Assembly (NCBI RefSeq): GCF_046119375.1
Contig: NW_027362764.1
Coordinates: forward strand, 383,594,001 to 383,658,000
DNA: 64,000 bases
Source of the DNA: Phyllobates terribilis
Taxonomy: Eukaryota
Direction: 5' to 3'
The number at the start of each line of letters is the position of its first letter. Within the stretch, counting starts at the first letter, position 1. This document shows, piece after piece, positions 44,281 to 54,595 of this stretch. A program made the position numbers and the translations under genes. The notes below the pieces were generated by a model, which searched no databases, was not told the origin of the DNA, and saw nothing but the letters and a program-made list of their open reading frames with translations.

Positions 44281-46104
44281 ATACTCTCGTTGGATGCTGA
44301 GAAAGCATTCCATAGAGTCTCCTGGCACGCCATATATGATTCTCTTAAAAAGCTTGGGGTAGGGGTCTAGGGGACCCTTTTATAGCCAAAATCACGGCCC
44401 TGTATCACAATACGTCACCTAGGCTGAAGATAAATGGAACTGTAGCACCGAGGGCTCGGTTGCTACAGACGTATTGCACCTCACCCAGAGGTGTGATATC
44501 TCACTCTCAGATAAGGATGGAGTGTGGATCAGGACCCGACACCTGCATGCATTACACCACATTGCCGTGGGGCAGGGCGACCAATATGCCCCTGAGATGG
44601 GCACGACAGTCCCTGTCCCTGGCTGGAGTGGGGGGAGGGAACACTGAGGAAGGGGAACCCTGCAGTGCAGGAGCAGGGAGGAAGCAGTTCCTGGGTGCAT
44701 TGAGAAGGGAGTATAAAAGGTGGGCACCATCTTAGTTCAGTGCAGAGAAGTCTGAGCAGAAGTGGCAGGGAGCAGGGGCTCTGCATGAGCTCTGCTCCGG
44801 AGGCGGGCCTAGTAACAGAGGCCCAGGCCTGCAAGAGGGAGAAGGAAGGAAGAGGAGCGGAGAAGGCTCCAGGAACGAGGAATGAAGGGATCCCAGGGGT
44901 GCGGACGGGCGAGTCGCCACCGCACGCCCGAATCCACCTGCGTGGAGGGGTCAGGCCAAAGGGGGAGACCGGTCCCCGAACTAGTGGAGGCAGGAAACGA
45001 CCCTCAGCTAGAAACCGGAGGCTCTGACATTTTATGTGGCGCAGCCCCTTGCTCCACCCGCTAGGAAGGCACCACATAGGGTCAGGGAAACTGGCGCCAA
45101 GTTTACCAAGAGGAGGCCCGAGGCAGCCGGACAGAAGTGTTGGTAAGAAAGGCCAGATAAAGGACACACAAAGGGGGTCCTGTGAAGCGCTCCAAAGTTA
45201 TCTGGGAGTTGTCTGAGCCCCTCACCTGGTGAGCACAGTACGACGTGGGCAGCCGTTACCTGCAGACGTGGTCTGGATAATAAGAACTGTGAGTAAAGGC
45301 CCTGAACTGCATCACTGACTCCGTGTCGTTACTGCTGCTGCCCTGCACCATCACCCCCATCCTCCGCATACACTGCCCTGAGGCTATACTCCTCCCGTGG
45401 GGAGTTATGCTATGCTCTGCTGCACCCACAACACCAGCCTTAGCGGTCTGCCCTGTAGCGGCGGTTCACTCTGACCGCAATCCACGGGTGGCGTAGTCGG
45501 ACATTTAAACATCAAAACCACATAAATAGTTCCGCCACTGGTTTGACCGCCCTGAGCCACGGAACCGGATCGCCGCCACGAAGACTACAACCACCAGCAT
45601 CCACCAAAAAGGGTCCGGCTCCGGGTGTCCCAAGGCCCAGGGGGTGCGTCAGAACATTTTCATCACCTTTCACAATCACCAATGGGACAAGGCAGGGATG
45701 TCCTCTGTCCCCTCTCTTATACATCCTAGTGACGGAGCACCTGCTCTCATCAATTCGCCATAACCCCAATATTAGGTGGATTGAGGTGGGAGGCACCGAG
45801 TACAAGTGCTCTCTATTTGCTGATGATGTCCTAGTATATATCACTCAATCACATATATCCATCCCTGCTGTTATGGCTGAAATAGATCACTTTGTTACAT
45901 GGTAAAATTTTAAAATCAATGCAGCGAAGTCTGAGGCCCTCGATGTCTCCCTCCCTAAATCCATATAGGATTCCATCCAGTCCAACTTTCCCTTTGCCTG
46001 GCCCTCACAGGGTATCAAATACTTAGGAATTCCTATTCATAGAGACCTCTCCCATCTATGTTATCTTAATTTTGGGCCCTTTATTGAACAATTCCATACA
46101 GACC
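44281..46104 (+). mobile_element. L1 RT fragment (split by a solo LTR) inside hAT copy B
   Basis: Same motifs as 6093-7897, in the opposite orientation. Confidence 0.88.
44441..45651 (+). mobile_element. Gypsy-type solo LTR inside hAT copy B
   Basis: TGTAGCACC..GGGGTGCGTCA, TSD GAAC; same insertion point as in copy A. Confidence 0.9.
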
Positions 46105-46173
46105 ACGGTTGGCAAGTTAGAACTGTAAGATTCACTACGTGAACCACTGGTGTTTTGTGGAAAAGCACATGTA

Positions 46174-47548
46174 CACCGCGTTCCAAATTATTATGCAAAA
46201 AGTGTTTAGGAGTGATAAGGGAAGAATTTGTTTGTTTGTCAGTTAAACTCATTGATGGTGATGTGTGTCAGGGCTCTTTATATCACTGTAAGCAATTGCA
46301 GACACCTGTGCTAATTAGTTTGGCAGGTGTCCAATGAAAGGCAAGACTACTTAAGAAGGCTCTCTCACATTATTAAGCAGCCTACATTTTCTGCCAAAAT
46401 GGGAAAGAAAAAGGATGTGTCGGCTGCTGAGAAGCAACAAATTGTGGAGTGTTTAGGTCAAGGCATGACTACAATCAACATTGTGCGATGATCAGGATGA
46501 AGTGTCTTAGCAATCAAGAAGTATGTAGCTGATTCACAGTACACACGTGTGCGTGCTGATAAGGGCAAATTGAGGACTCTTTCCTACAGGCAATTACGTC
46601 AGGTTGAAAGAGCAGCGGCAAAAAAGCCTTGTCATAGCAGCAGACAAGTTTTTGAAGCTGCTTGTGCCTCCAACGTCCCCCGAACAACAAGATGCAGGGT
46701 CCTTCAGAGGTTTGCAGCTGTGCATACGCCATCCTGTCGACCTCCTCTATCCACTTCACACAAGCAGAAACGGCTCCAGTGGGCCAAACATTACATGAAG
46801 ACTGATTTCAAAACTGTTTTGTTCACGGATGAGTGCCGTGCAGCGCTCGATGGTCCAGATGAATGGAGTGGAGGATGGCTGGTTGATGGACACCCCACGC
46901 AAACACGGCTACAGCGCCAACAAGGAGGAGGTGGAGTAATGTTTTGGGCTGGAATCATGGGGAGAGAGATTGTCGGCCCCTTTAGGATCCCTGAAGGCGC
47001 TAAAGATGAACTCCATAATGTATGTGGATTTTCTCAAACAGCACTTCCTGCCATGGTTCAAGAAGAAGAACCGTGTATTTCACAGCAAGATCATTTTTCT
47101 GCATGATAATGCACCATCTCATGCTGCACATAAAACATCTGCATCTCTGGCTGATATGGGCATAAAAGGGGACAAACTTATGGTGTGACCCCCATGCTCC
47201 CCTGACCTCTACCCCATTCAGAACCTTTGGAGCATCATTAAAAGGAGTGTCTATGATGGCGGGAGGCAGTTCACATCTAAGCAACAGCTCTGGGAGGGTA
47301 TTCTGTCCTCATGCAAAACAATTGAAGCAGAAACCATCCAAAACCTGACAAATTCAATGGACGAGAGAGAATTCAGAAGCTCCTTTCGAACAAGGGGTCC
47401 TATGTGAAAATGTAACATCACCTAGAATAAAGTTTTGAGTTGAAAACTGTTTGATTTCAGTTTCTAACAACCTGCTAATGCTTATAATTTCAAAAATGAC
47501 CATTTTTTTGGTCTTTATTAAAATGAAAAGGTTGATCGAAAAGTTTGG
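46174..47548 (+). mobile_element. DD37E (TRT-type) Tc1-like remnant inside hAT copy B
   Basis: TA followed by CACCGCGTTCCAAATTATTATGC TIR; disrupted transposase. Confidence 0.88.
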
Positions 47549-47873
47549 GGGATCTAAGAGTGTGGCAACCCAGTAGTCATGATTACTTCGAATTCTGACA
47601 ATATGAGGGTCATGCTGCAGGTAGTGCAGCAAGAAGGCACTTATGTGTCTTGCGCATCTCGGAGCCCCAAAATTATTTTCCGGGCTAGATGCAGCTAAAA
47701 ATTATTATTAATTTTAAATCTGGTGAAGCTTTAGTATAGATGGCCTAATAGGATCAGTGCTGCACACTGCTACAAAGCCCAAATTATTTTCCAGTCAAGA
47801 TACAGATAAACATGATTAGTAATTTGAAAGCTTAAAACGGTTGGTAGGGTGATTTTAACCAATCATCAAGCTT

Positions 47874-50800
47874 TTACTCTCCCCAGGATGACACAGGGGT
47901 AGAAAAGTCGTTTCGGATCCATGATTTGTTCATCTTTATGAACGTGAGTCTGTCTACATTATCAGTGGAGAGCCGCGTGCGCTTATCTGTCAGCACACCA
48001 CCAGCAGCGCTGAACACACGTTCAGACAGAACGCTGGCTGCGGGGCATGACAAGATCTCCAAGGCGTAAGTGGCTAGCTCCGGCCATTTATCCAGATTGG
48101 AAGCCCAAAAAGAGCAAGGGTCCAGTGACACAGTCGTGGCTTCAATGTTTACTTGGAGATACTCCTGTACCATCATCTCTAGGCGTTGACTATGTGTCAG
48201 ACTTCTTGTCTCCTGTGGCCTTGCAAAGGATGGGCTAAAAAAGTGGTGAAATGATTCCGCAAAATTGATGTTACCAGCAGATACTGTGGTTCTGTTACGG
48301 TTTGAGTGCTGAACACTTGACGGTCCCACGGTTGGCAAGTTGGAACTGTGAGATTCACTACGTGCACCACTGGTATTTTGTGGAAAAGCACATGTAAGAT
48401 TCTGCAACAGTCTCTGCTGATACTCCTGCATGCGTGCATCCCTTTCTATGGCAGGAATAATTTCTGCAAATTTACTTTTGTACCGGGGATCTAACAGTGT
48501 GGCAACCCAGTAGTCAGGATTATTTCTAATTCTCACAATTCGAGGGTCATGTTGCAGGTAGTGCAGCAAGAAGGCACTCATGTGTGTTGCGCATCCAGGA
48601 GCACCAAGTCCCTGTTGTGTTGGTGGCGAGGTAACAATCATGCTTTCTTCCTCTGTCCTCTCCCCCCAACCTCGCACAACAGAAATGTGATCAAGGTCTC
48701 CCTCATCTGATGAGTCTTCCATCAGTTCGTCCTCCACTTCTTCCTGGGCTCCTGCACCTTCCTCACTAGTTTGGCTGCTACCATGCGCCCTGGTTAAACC
48801 ATCTCCCCCACCCTCACATGCCTGCCGCCTTGGTGCTGCCGACCGTCTGGACCTTGCAGATGTTAGCCCTTCCGCATACAACTCCTCCTCCTCTACTTCC
48901 TCCACCTCCTCTTGTGCCACCACCTGACTCCGAATTCTGTTTAACATGTGCTCCAGCATGTAAATCACCGGAATAGTCATGCTGATAATGGCATCGTCAG
49001 CACTAAACATCTTCGTCGCCATTTCAAAACTGTGCAGAAGGGTGCATAGGTCCCTGATCTGAGACCACTCCTCCAGCGTGATTTGCCCCACCTCTGAATC
49101 TCGTTGGCCCAGGCTATACGTCAGAACGTATTGCACCAGGGCTTGTCGGTGCTGCCACAGTCGCTGCAACATGTGCAGAGTTGAATTCCACCGGGTAGGC
49201 ACATCGCATTTTAGCCGGTGAAGTGGCAGGCCCAACGACTTCTGTAGAGATGTAAGTCGCTGAGCTGCGGGATGCGAACGGCGGAAGTGAGCACACAGCG
49301 ACCGTGCCCTCTGCAGAAGGCCATCTAGTCTGGGATAGTGGGCTAAAAATTGCTGGACAACCAGGTTCAACACGTGAGCCATACAAGGCACGTGTGTGAC
49401 ATTGCCCCGGCGAAGGGCCGCACCCAGGTTTGCAGCATTGTCGCACACGGCCTTCCCTGGTTTCAGGTCCAGTGGAGACAACCATTCATGAAATTGGTTC
49501 TCCAGAGCTGACCACAACTCCTCAGCTGTGTGACTCACATTTCCCAGACATTTCAATGTAAAAACCGCCTGATGACGTTGAGCCCTACTGCCAGCATAGT
49601 AAGGAGGTGTGCAGGATCCCTTCTGCGCAGTTAGAAAGCTTGTGGCATGACCAGACAGGCTTTGGGTGCAGGTGGAAGACCGAGAGGAGGTTGAGGAGGC
49701 AGAAGCAGTGGAGGAAAAATGACATAAAGAGGATTGACGCACAACTCGTGGGGACGGCAAGACTTGGACAGCAGCCCCTTGTCCTGCTGTCACCATAGTT
49801 ACCCAGTGCCCAGTCAGCGACATGTAACGCCCCTGTCCATGCCTACTCGTCCAAGTGTCTGTGGTGAAATGCACCCTGTCACACACAGAGTTTCTCAAAG
49901 AAGCGGTGATGTTGTGTGCGACATGCTGGTGGAGCGCAGGCACACCTTTCTTTGAGAAGTAGTGCCGACTGGGCATCTGGTACTGGGGCACTGCGACGGA
50001 CATAAGGTCTCGAAAATCCTCTGTGTCCACCAGGCGGAAAGGCAGCATTTCTGTAGCCAAGAGCTTGCAGATGGTGAAATTCAACCTCTTAGCTTTCTCA
50101 TGGCTAGGAGGAAATGGTCTTTTACTTGTCCACATCTGAGGGACCGAGGGCTGGCTATTGTGCTTAGACGGGGTTGATAAGGGTGTCCCCAGCAAACTGC
50201 CGGTCTGTGAGGAAGATGCAGGCGGACATGTTAGGTTGCCTTGATCCAAAGGTGGTGCTATCGATGTCGGACAGCGCTCAAGACCAGCTGGTGTTACCAC
50301 CTCCAAAGAAAATGATGACCTGCCAATCACGCTGGCTGTTGCGGGTAAAGAGGTGGCAGGTCTGCGCCCCAAAACAGGTGTGACTGCTGTCCCCCCAGTC
50401 ACAGAGGATGAAGAGGCCGCGGATGCACAAGATATGGCAGACGGTGGTTGGCCCGGCCGGCTGGACCGCATTGTAGCACACTGAGCTTCCGACTGCAACT
50501 TATGCTTCATGTCCATGTGCCGGTTCATGCATGAAGTACTCAAACTATGTATTTTTTGGCCTCTACTTAGCTTTTGCTGACAAATGTTACAGATAACACG
50601 AGTTGGGTCATCTTTATCGATCTGAAAAAATGCCCAGGCTATGCAAGGCTTAGCACCCATGCGACCTGAAGAGCCACCACGACTTGTGGTGAGAGGTAGA
50701 GTTGTGTTTGAGGATGCAGTTGTTGACGTGCTTCCAGTACTACGTCTCTGTCCAGGAAGGCGCAACCTGACCTCGTCGTCACTAGCATCTTCCTCCACCT

Positions 50801-51554
50801 CCTCTGCTGACCTCATCTCTTGGCTGACTGTGGGTTGACAGTAAGTGGGATCTCCGACCTCATCATCATCACCCTGTGCGTTATCACACCCGTCGTCCTC
50901 AGAGCCAACCTGTTCCTGCCCTGACAAAAAACTAAAGTTGTCGCTCCAATCAGGTATTTGAGTCTTATCATCGTCTTCCTCATTGTCTCCACCAACAGGA
51001 GTTACAGTTTGGGAATGAGGGTCTACATTATGGTCAGAACCTTCTGCGTCTGGTCCTGGATCCGACTCATAAAGATTCTGGGCATCAGTGCAGATCATTT
51101 CCTCGTCTGGATTCACAGAAGCGCTGGAGTCGACCTCTGATTCCCAGGCTATAGTATGAGTAAACAGCTCTGCAGACTCAACCATCTGTTCTACCTCATA
51201 CTCAGACGGGCAGCTGGAGATTTGGGAGCTGTGAGGAAGCAAGTGCGATTTGGGTGACACCTTTGAGGACTGGAGTATTTGTGATGTTGAAGTTGATGTG
51301 GAGGAGAGCCCACTTAAAGGAGCACTTGATATCCGTTGAAGCACCTGCTGTTTTTGTGCCTCATCTGGAATTTGTAGCGATTGGCGTGGCCGTAAGAAAG
51401 GGATCTTATCACATTGTCCGCTAAAAGAAGTAGACATTTTAGTTTGGCTGGAAGATGGTCTTTCTTCTGCACCTACCCCACGGACACAACCTTTTTTCCC
51501 CTTCCCAACACGCCTATTCCCCTTTCCACCAGCAGCAGGCCTTTTTCCACTCAT
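47874..51554 (-). CDS. hAT transposase with BED zinc finger, 1226 aa
   Basis: Near-identical to 536-4225; D-D-E, CxxH and RWNS all present; no stops. Confidence 0.95.
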   Translation of the reverse strand: MSGKRPAAGGKGNRRVGKGKKGCVRGVGAEERPSSSQTKMSTSFSGQCDKIPFLRPRQSLQIPDEAQKQQVLQRISSAPLSGLSSTSTSTSQILQSSKVSPKSHLLPHSSQISSCPSEYEVEQMVESAELFTHTIAWESEVDSSASVNPDEEMICTDAQNLYESDPGPDAEGSDHNVDPHSQTVTPVGGDNEEDDDKTQIPDWSDNFSFLSGQEQVGSEDDGCDNAQGDDDEVGDPTYCQPTVSQEMRSAEEVEEDASDDEVRLRLPGQRRSTGSTSTTASSNTTLPLTTSRGGSSGRMGAKPCIAWAFFQIDKDDPTRVICNICQQKLSRGQKIHSLSTSCMNRHMDMKHKLQSEAQCATMRSSRPGQPPSAISCASAASSSSVTGGTAVTPVLGRRPATSLPATASVIGRSSFSLEVVTPAGLERCPTSIAPPLDQGNLTCPPASSSQTGSLLGTPLSTPSKHNSQPSVPQMWTSKRPFPPSHEKAKRLNFTICKLLATEMLPFRLVDTEDFRDLMSVAVPQYQMPSRHYFSKKGVPALHQHVAHNITASLRNSVCDRVHFTTDTWTSRHGQGRYMSLTGHWVTMVTAGQGAAVQVLPSPRVVRQSSLCHFSSTASASSTSSRSSTCTQSLSGHATSFLTAQKGSCTPPYYAGSRAQRHQAVFTLKCLGNVSHTAEELWSALENQFHEWLSPLDLKPGKAVCDNAANLGAALRRGNVTHVPCMAHVLNLVVQQFLAHYPRLDGLLQRARSLCAHFRRSHPAAQRLTSLQKSLGLPLHRLKCDVPTRWNSTLHMLQRLWQHRQALVQYVLTYSLGQRDSEVGQITLEEWSQIRDLCTLLHSFEMATKMFSADDAIISMTIPVIYMLEHMLNRIRSQVVAQEEVEEVEEEELYAEGLTSARSRRSAAPRRQACEGGGDGLTRAHGSSQTSEEGAGAQEEVEDELMEDSSDEGDLDHISVVRGWGERTEEESMIVTSPPTQQGLGAPGCATHMSAFLLHYLQHDPRIVRIRNNPDYWVATLLDPRYKSKFAEIIPAIERDARMQEYQQRLLQNLTCAFPQNTSGARSESHSSNLPTVGPSSVQHSNRNRTTVSAGNINFAESFHHFFSPSFARPQETRSLTHSQRLEMMVQEYLQVNIEATTVSLDPCSFWASNLDKWPELATYALEILSCPAASVLSERVFSAAGGVLTDKRTRLSTDNVDRLTFIKMNKSWIRNDFSTPVSSWGE

Positions 51555-51667
51555 TTTGGTGGTTAACTAATTCACAACTCTGGAGTTGTTTGCACAAAAA
51601 AACAATGGATGGTAACCGAGCAGAGCTGAGTGGCCAAACTGTGGTATTAGGCCAAAACTATTGGCTG

Positions 51668-52176
51668 GGTTAGAGGCAGAAAAAAATTATTTTTAATTTG
51701 CAACCTGATGGAGGTCAGTATAGATGGACTAATAGACCAAGTCCCACACACCGCTAGAAGCCCAAATATTTTTTCAGAGCTAGATGCAGAAAATTTTTTT
51801 ATTCAATTTGCAACCTGATGGAGGTCAGTATAGATGGACTAATAGACCAAGTCCCACACACTGCTAGAAGCCCAAATATTTTTTCAGAGCTAGATGCAGA
51901 AAAAAATTATTTTTAATTTGCAACCTGATGGAGGTCAGTATAGATGGACTAATAGACCAAGTCCCACACACTGCTAGAAGCCCAAATATTTTTTCAGAGC
52001 TAGATGCAGAAAAAAATTATTTTTAATTTGCAACCTGATGGAGGTCAGTATAGATGGACTAATAGACCAAGTCCCACACACCGCTAGAAGCCCAAATATT
52101 TTTTCAGAGCTAGATGCAGAAAAAAATTATATTCAGTTTGCAACCTGATGGAGGTCAGTATAGATGGACTAATAGA
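51668..52176 (-). repeat. ~108-bp tandem array (~4.7 units) upstream of the copy B transposase
   Basis: GCAACCTGATGGAGGTCAGTATAGATGGACTAATAGA recurs five times. Confidence 0.95.
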
Positions 52177-52644
52177 ATGATGCTATGCCCAAAAGATTTT
52201 ACTTCACTAGGTGCAGTAAAAAAATTGGTATTCTATACACAGGTGGTATATCTTGCAACACAGATAGGCTACTCCACTGACTAACACACTCTGCAATAGG
52301 CCAAAAAGGATTAGCTTTGCTAGATTCAGCCAAATGCTGTGAAAAAAACTTGCACAGCACTGGCACAGACCTGCCTGGCAAAAACTGATAGGAACTGATG
52401 TAACCTAGTCCTGAAAAGGACTCCAATTACAATTAGTCTTTACTCCCACAATCTATCTATTTAAGAGCACAGACCTGCCTGATAAAAGTCGTAGGAAATG
52501 CTGTAACCTAGTCCTTAAAAGGACTGCAATCACAACTATTCCCTACTCCCAAGCTATCTGTATATTTGTGCGAAAATTGGCTTGAAATTAACAAGGTATA
52601 TCGCACACAGCAACAGCGGTGCCGTCTAACACGCAGCTGCAGCA

Positions 52645-52720
52645 GTGAGAAAATGGTGGCGACGGGGAAAATGGCTTGGTCTTATAGGGCAAGGACATGT
52701 GACATACACTGCCAATCACA
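52645..52720 (-). promoter_or_regulatory. Candidate Pol II promoter of the hAT transposase
   Basis: Minus-strand order ATTGGC (reverse CCAAT), GTCACATG (E-box-like), CTATAAG (TATA-like), GCCATTTT (YY1-like). Motif match only. Confidence 0.35.
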
Positions 52721-53769
52721 CATGCCCTTGCTTGTGTGAAAAAAAGCACTTCGCTCCGTGTGTGCGCTGCTGATAGGCTGACAGATTGCACCTCCCCACT
52801 GCAAATGCGGGAAAGAGAAAAAAAAATGGAGATCTTCATTGTTCCTGCAGAGATCCATCCCCTGCCCCTCCCCCCGCCCCGCTGTACACTCAAACTGCGT
52901 ATTAACATTAATTTTCATCATTACTGAGAAAAAATCCAGTTATGATTTTGGTGCACGAACAGTTATCGAACATAACCTCGAACAGCCGAATTTTTCTCAA
53001 ATTGTTCGTGTTCGCCGACCGGCTCGAACACCGCCCAAAACAGCTCGAATTTGAGATTGGCGAACAGTTCGAGTAGAACAACGCTCATCTCTACTATCTA
53101 ATCTATGTGTGATGCTCTATCTTTCTGTTATAAATTGTCGGGTACAGATGCTGAATTGCCGGCCGGCTTTTTTAAAGAGACGGTGCATGAAAACACTATT
53201 ATTTGTTTTAATAAATCCTTTACACTAAATGACAAGTACAGTAAGCAATACTGTCACTGTGCTTCTTATATATGTGACTGACATGTTTCTATCTATCTAA
53301 TCTATGTGTGATGCTCTATTCTTTCTATTCTAAATTGTCGGGTGCCGGCTTATGCCGCTGCTGAATTGCCGGCTTTTCATATATTGTCACAGAAGCGATG
53401 CGAACTTCCCAGCTCCGGACACAGCGCAGCGCTTCTGTGACAAGTGAAAGCTGTCGGCACAGAAGCCCTGCGCTGTGTCCGGAGCTGGGAATACGCAGCG
53501 ATGTGTCAGTTTCAGCACAGAAGCGCTGACTGTCTGGACCTACCGCCGCCGTATTTTAACTCCCTCCACCTTATATTAACTCCGACATGGCAGGGATACG
53601 GCCACGGCAGCTTATTAACACCCCCAGAGTATCCCCGCATGTCAATTTCTGAAAGTTCAAAAGCATTACCGGCGTATAAGACGACCCCAGACTAGACAGA
53701 AGATTTTTCAGTCTTCAAAAGTCGTCTTATACGCCGGAATATACGGTAAATTAACAAGCTTATGCAGAG

Positions 53770-54095
53770 GCTCAGTAATTATAGTGTTGACCCTCCTTCA
53801 AGACTACTACAATTTGCCCTGACATGCTGGATATCAGCTACTGGGCCAAATCCTGACTGAGGACAACCCATTCTTGTCTAATCAGTGCTTGGAGTTTATC
53901 ACAATTTCTGTGTTTTTGTTTGTGCAGCTTCTATTTGAGGATTGATCACAGGTTCTCAATGAGGTTGAGATCTGGGTACTTCCTGAGATCCTGGCCATGG
54001 ACCCAAAATTTTAATGTGTTGTTCTCTGAGCTACTTAGTTATCATTTTTGCCGTGTGACAAGGTGCTCCATCATTCTGGAAAGAGCATTGTTCAT
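53770..54095 (-). mobile_element. Tc1-like transposase C-terminal remnant
   Basis: The minus strand gives ..PDLNLIENL.SILK... Confidence 0.6.
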
Positions 54096-54595
54096 TACCA
54101 AATAGACTCAATTGATATAGGTCTGGTTTTTCGTCAAACGCAAAGATTATATAAGTGTATAATACATAAATACAAAGTATGACAATATAGAAAAAGACTT
54201 CAAATGATTCATTATCTAAATAAATGATCAGCTATATAGTTCAGTATGAATGTGCTGGTGTCTTTGATAGAGTAGCATTAGTTGGACTAGATTGTTCGGA
54301 GATTATGGCACTGTCTTTTTGTAATAAGGTGCTGCTTAGTTTTAGCTGCTTGGGGTCAAACTCTCACTGTAACATTTTTTGGTTCTGATGTCGTTAGTTG
54401 TATTTAAAGAACCATATGTTTTTGACCAGAACATATTAAATATATTGCTATACAATTCATTTATTTAAGTGTAGTGCAACCCAGCATGCACACTCTGCTA
54501 CCCATAGGAGGATGGGACTAAAGCCATGCTGTTCTTGGTAGGAGATTGGGATGAGAGGGACAATTTCATTGCTGTATTTCAAGGTGATTTAGCCA

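Larger units (their letters stand above)
43399..53093 (-). mobile_element. hAT DNA transposon copy B, complete, 9695 bp
   Basis: TIRs TAGTGTTGAGCC / GCTCATCTCTA; 8-bp TSD CTATCTAA at 43391-43398 and 53094-53101. Confidence 0.97.
40987..53746. mobile_element. pogo/Tc2-like non-autonomous element (~3 kb) hosting hAT copy B
   Basis: Perfect 26-bp TIRs CCGTATATTCCGGCGTATAAGACGAC / GTCGTCTTATACGCCGGAATATACGG with TA on both sides. Confidence 0.88.

Noticed and set aside
1-53093. Fold-back chimeric read or assembly artefact explaining the giant inverted repeat
   Set aside because: The arms differ by copy-specific indels, SNPs and satellite variants, homology stops exactly at the TIR, and copy B has its own TSD inside a different host element.
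1-53093. One ~54-kb Tn10-like composite transposon bounded by the two hATs
   Set aside because: Copy B is flanked by its own 8-bp TSD and is nested in a pogo-like element with intact TIRs, so it inserted independently; the outer ends are both 5' ends.
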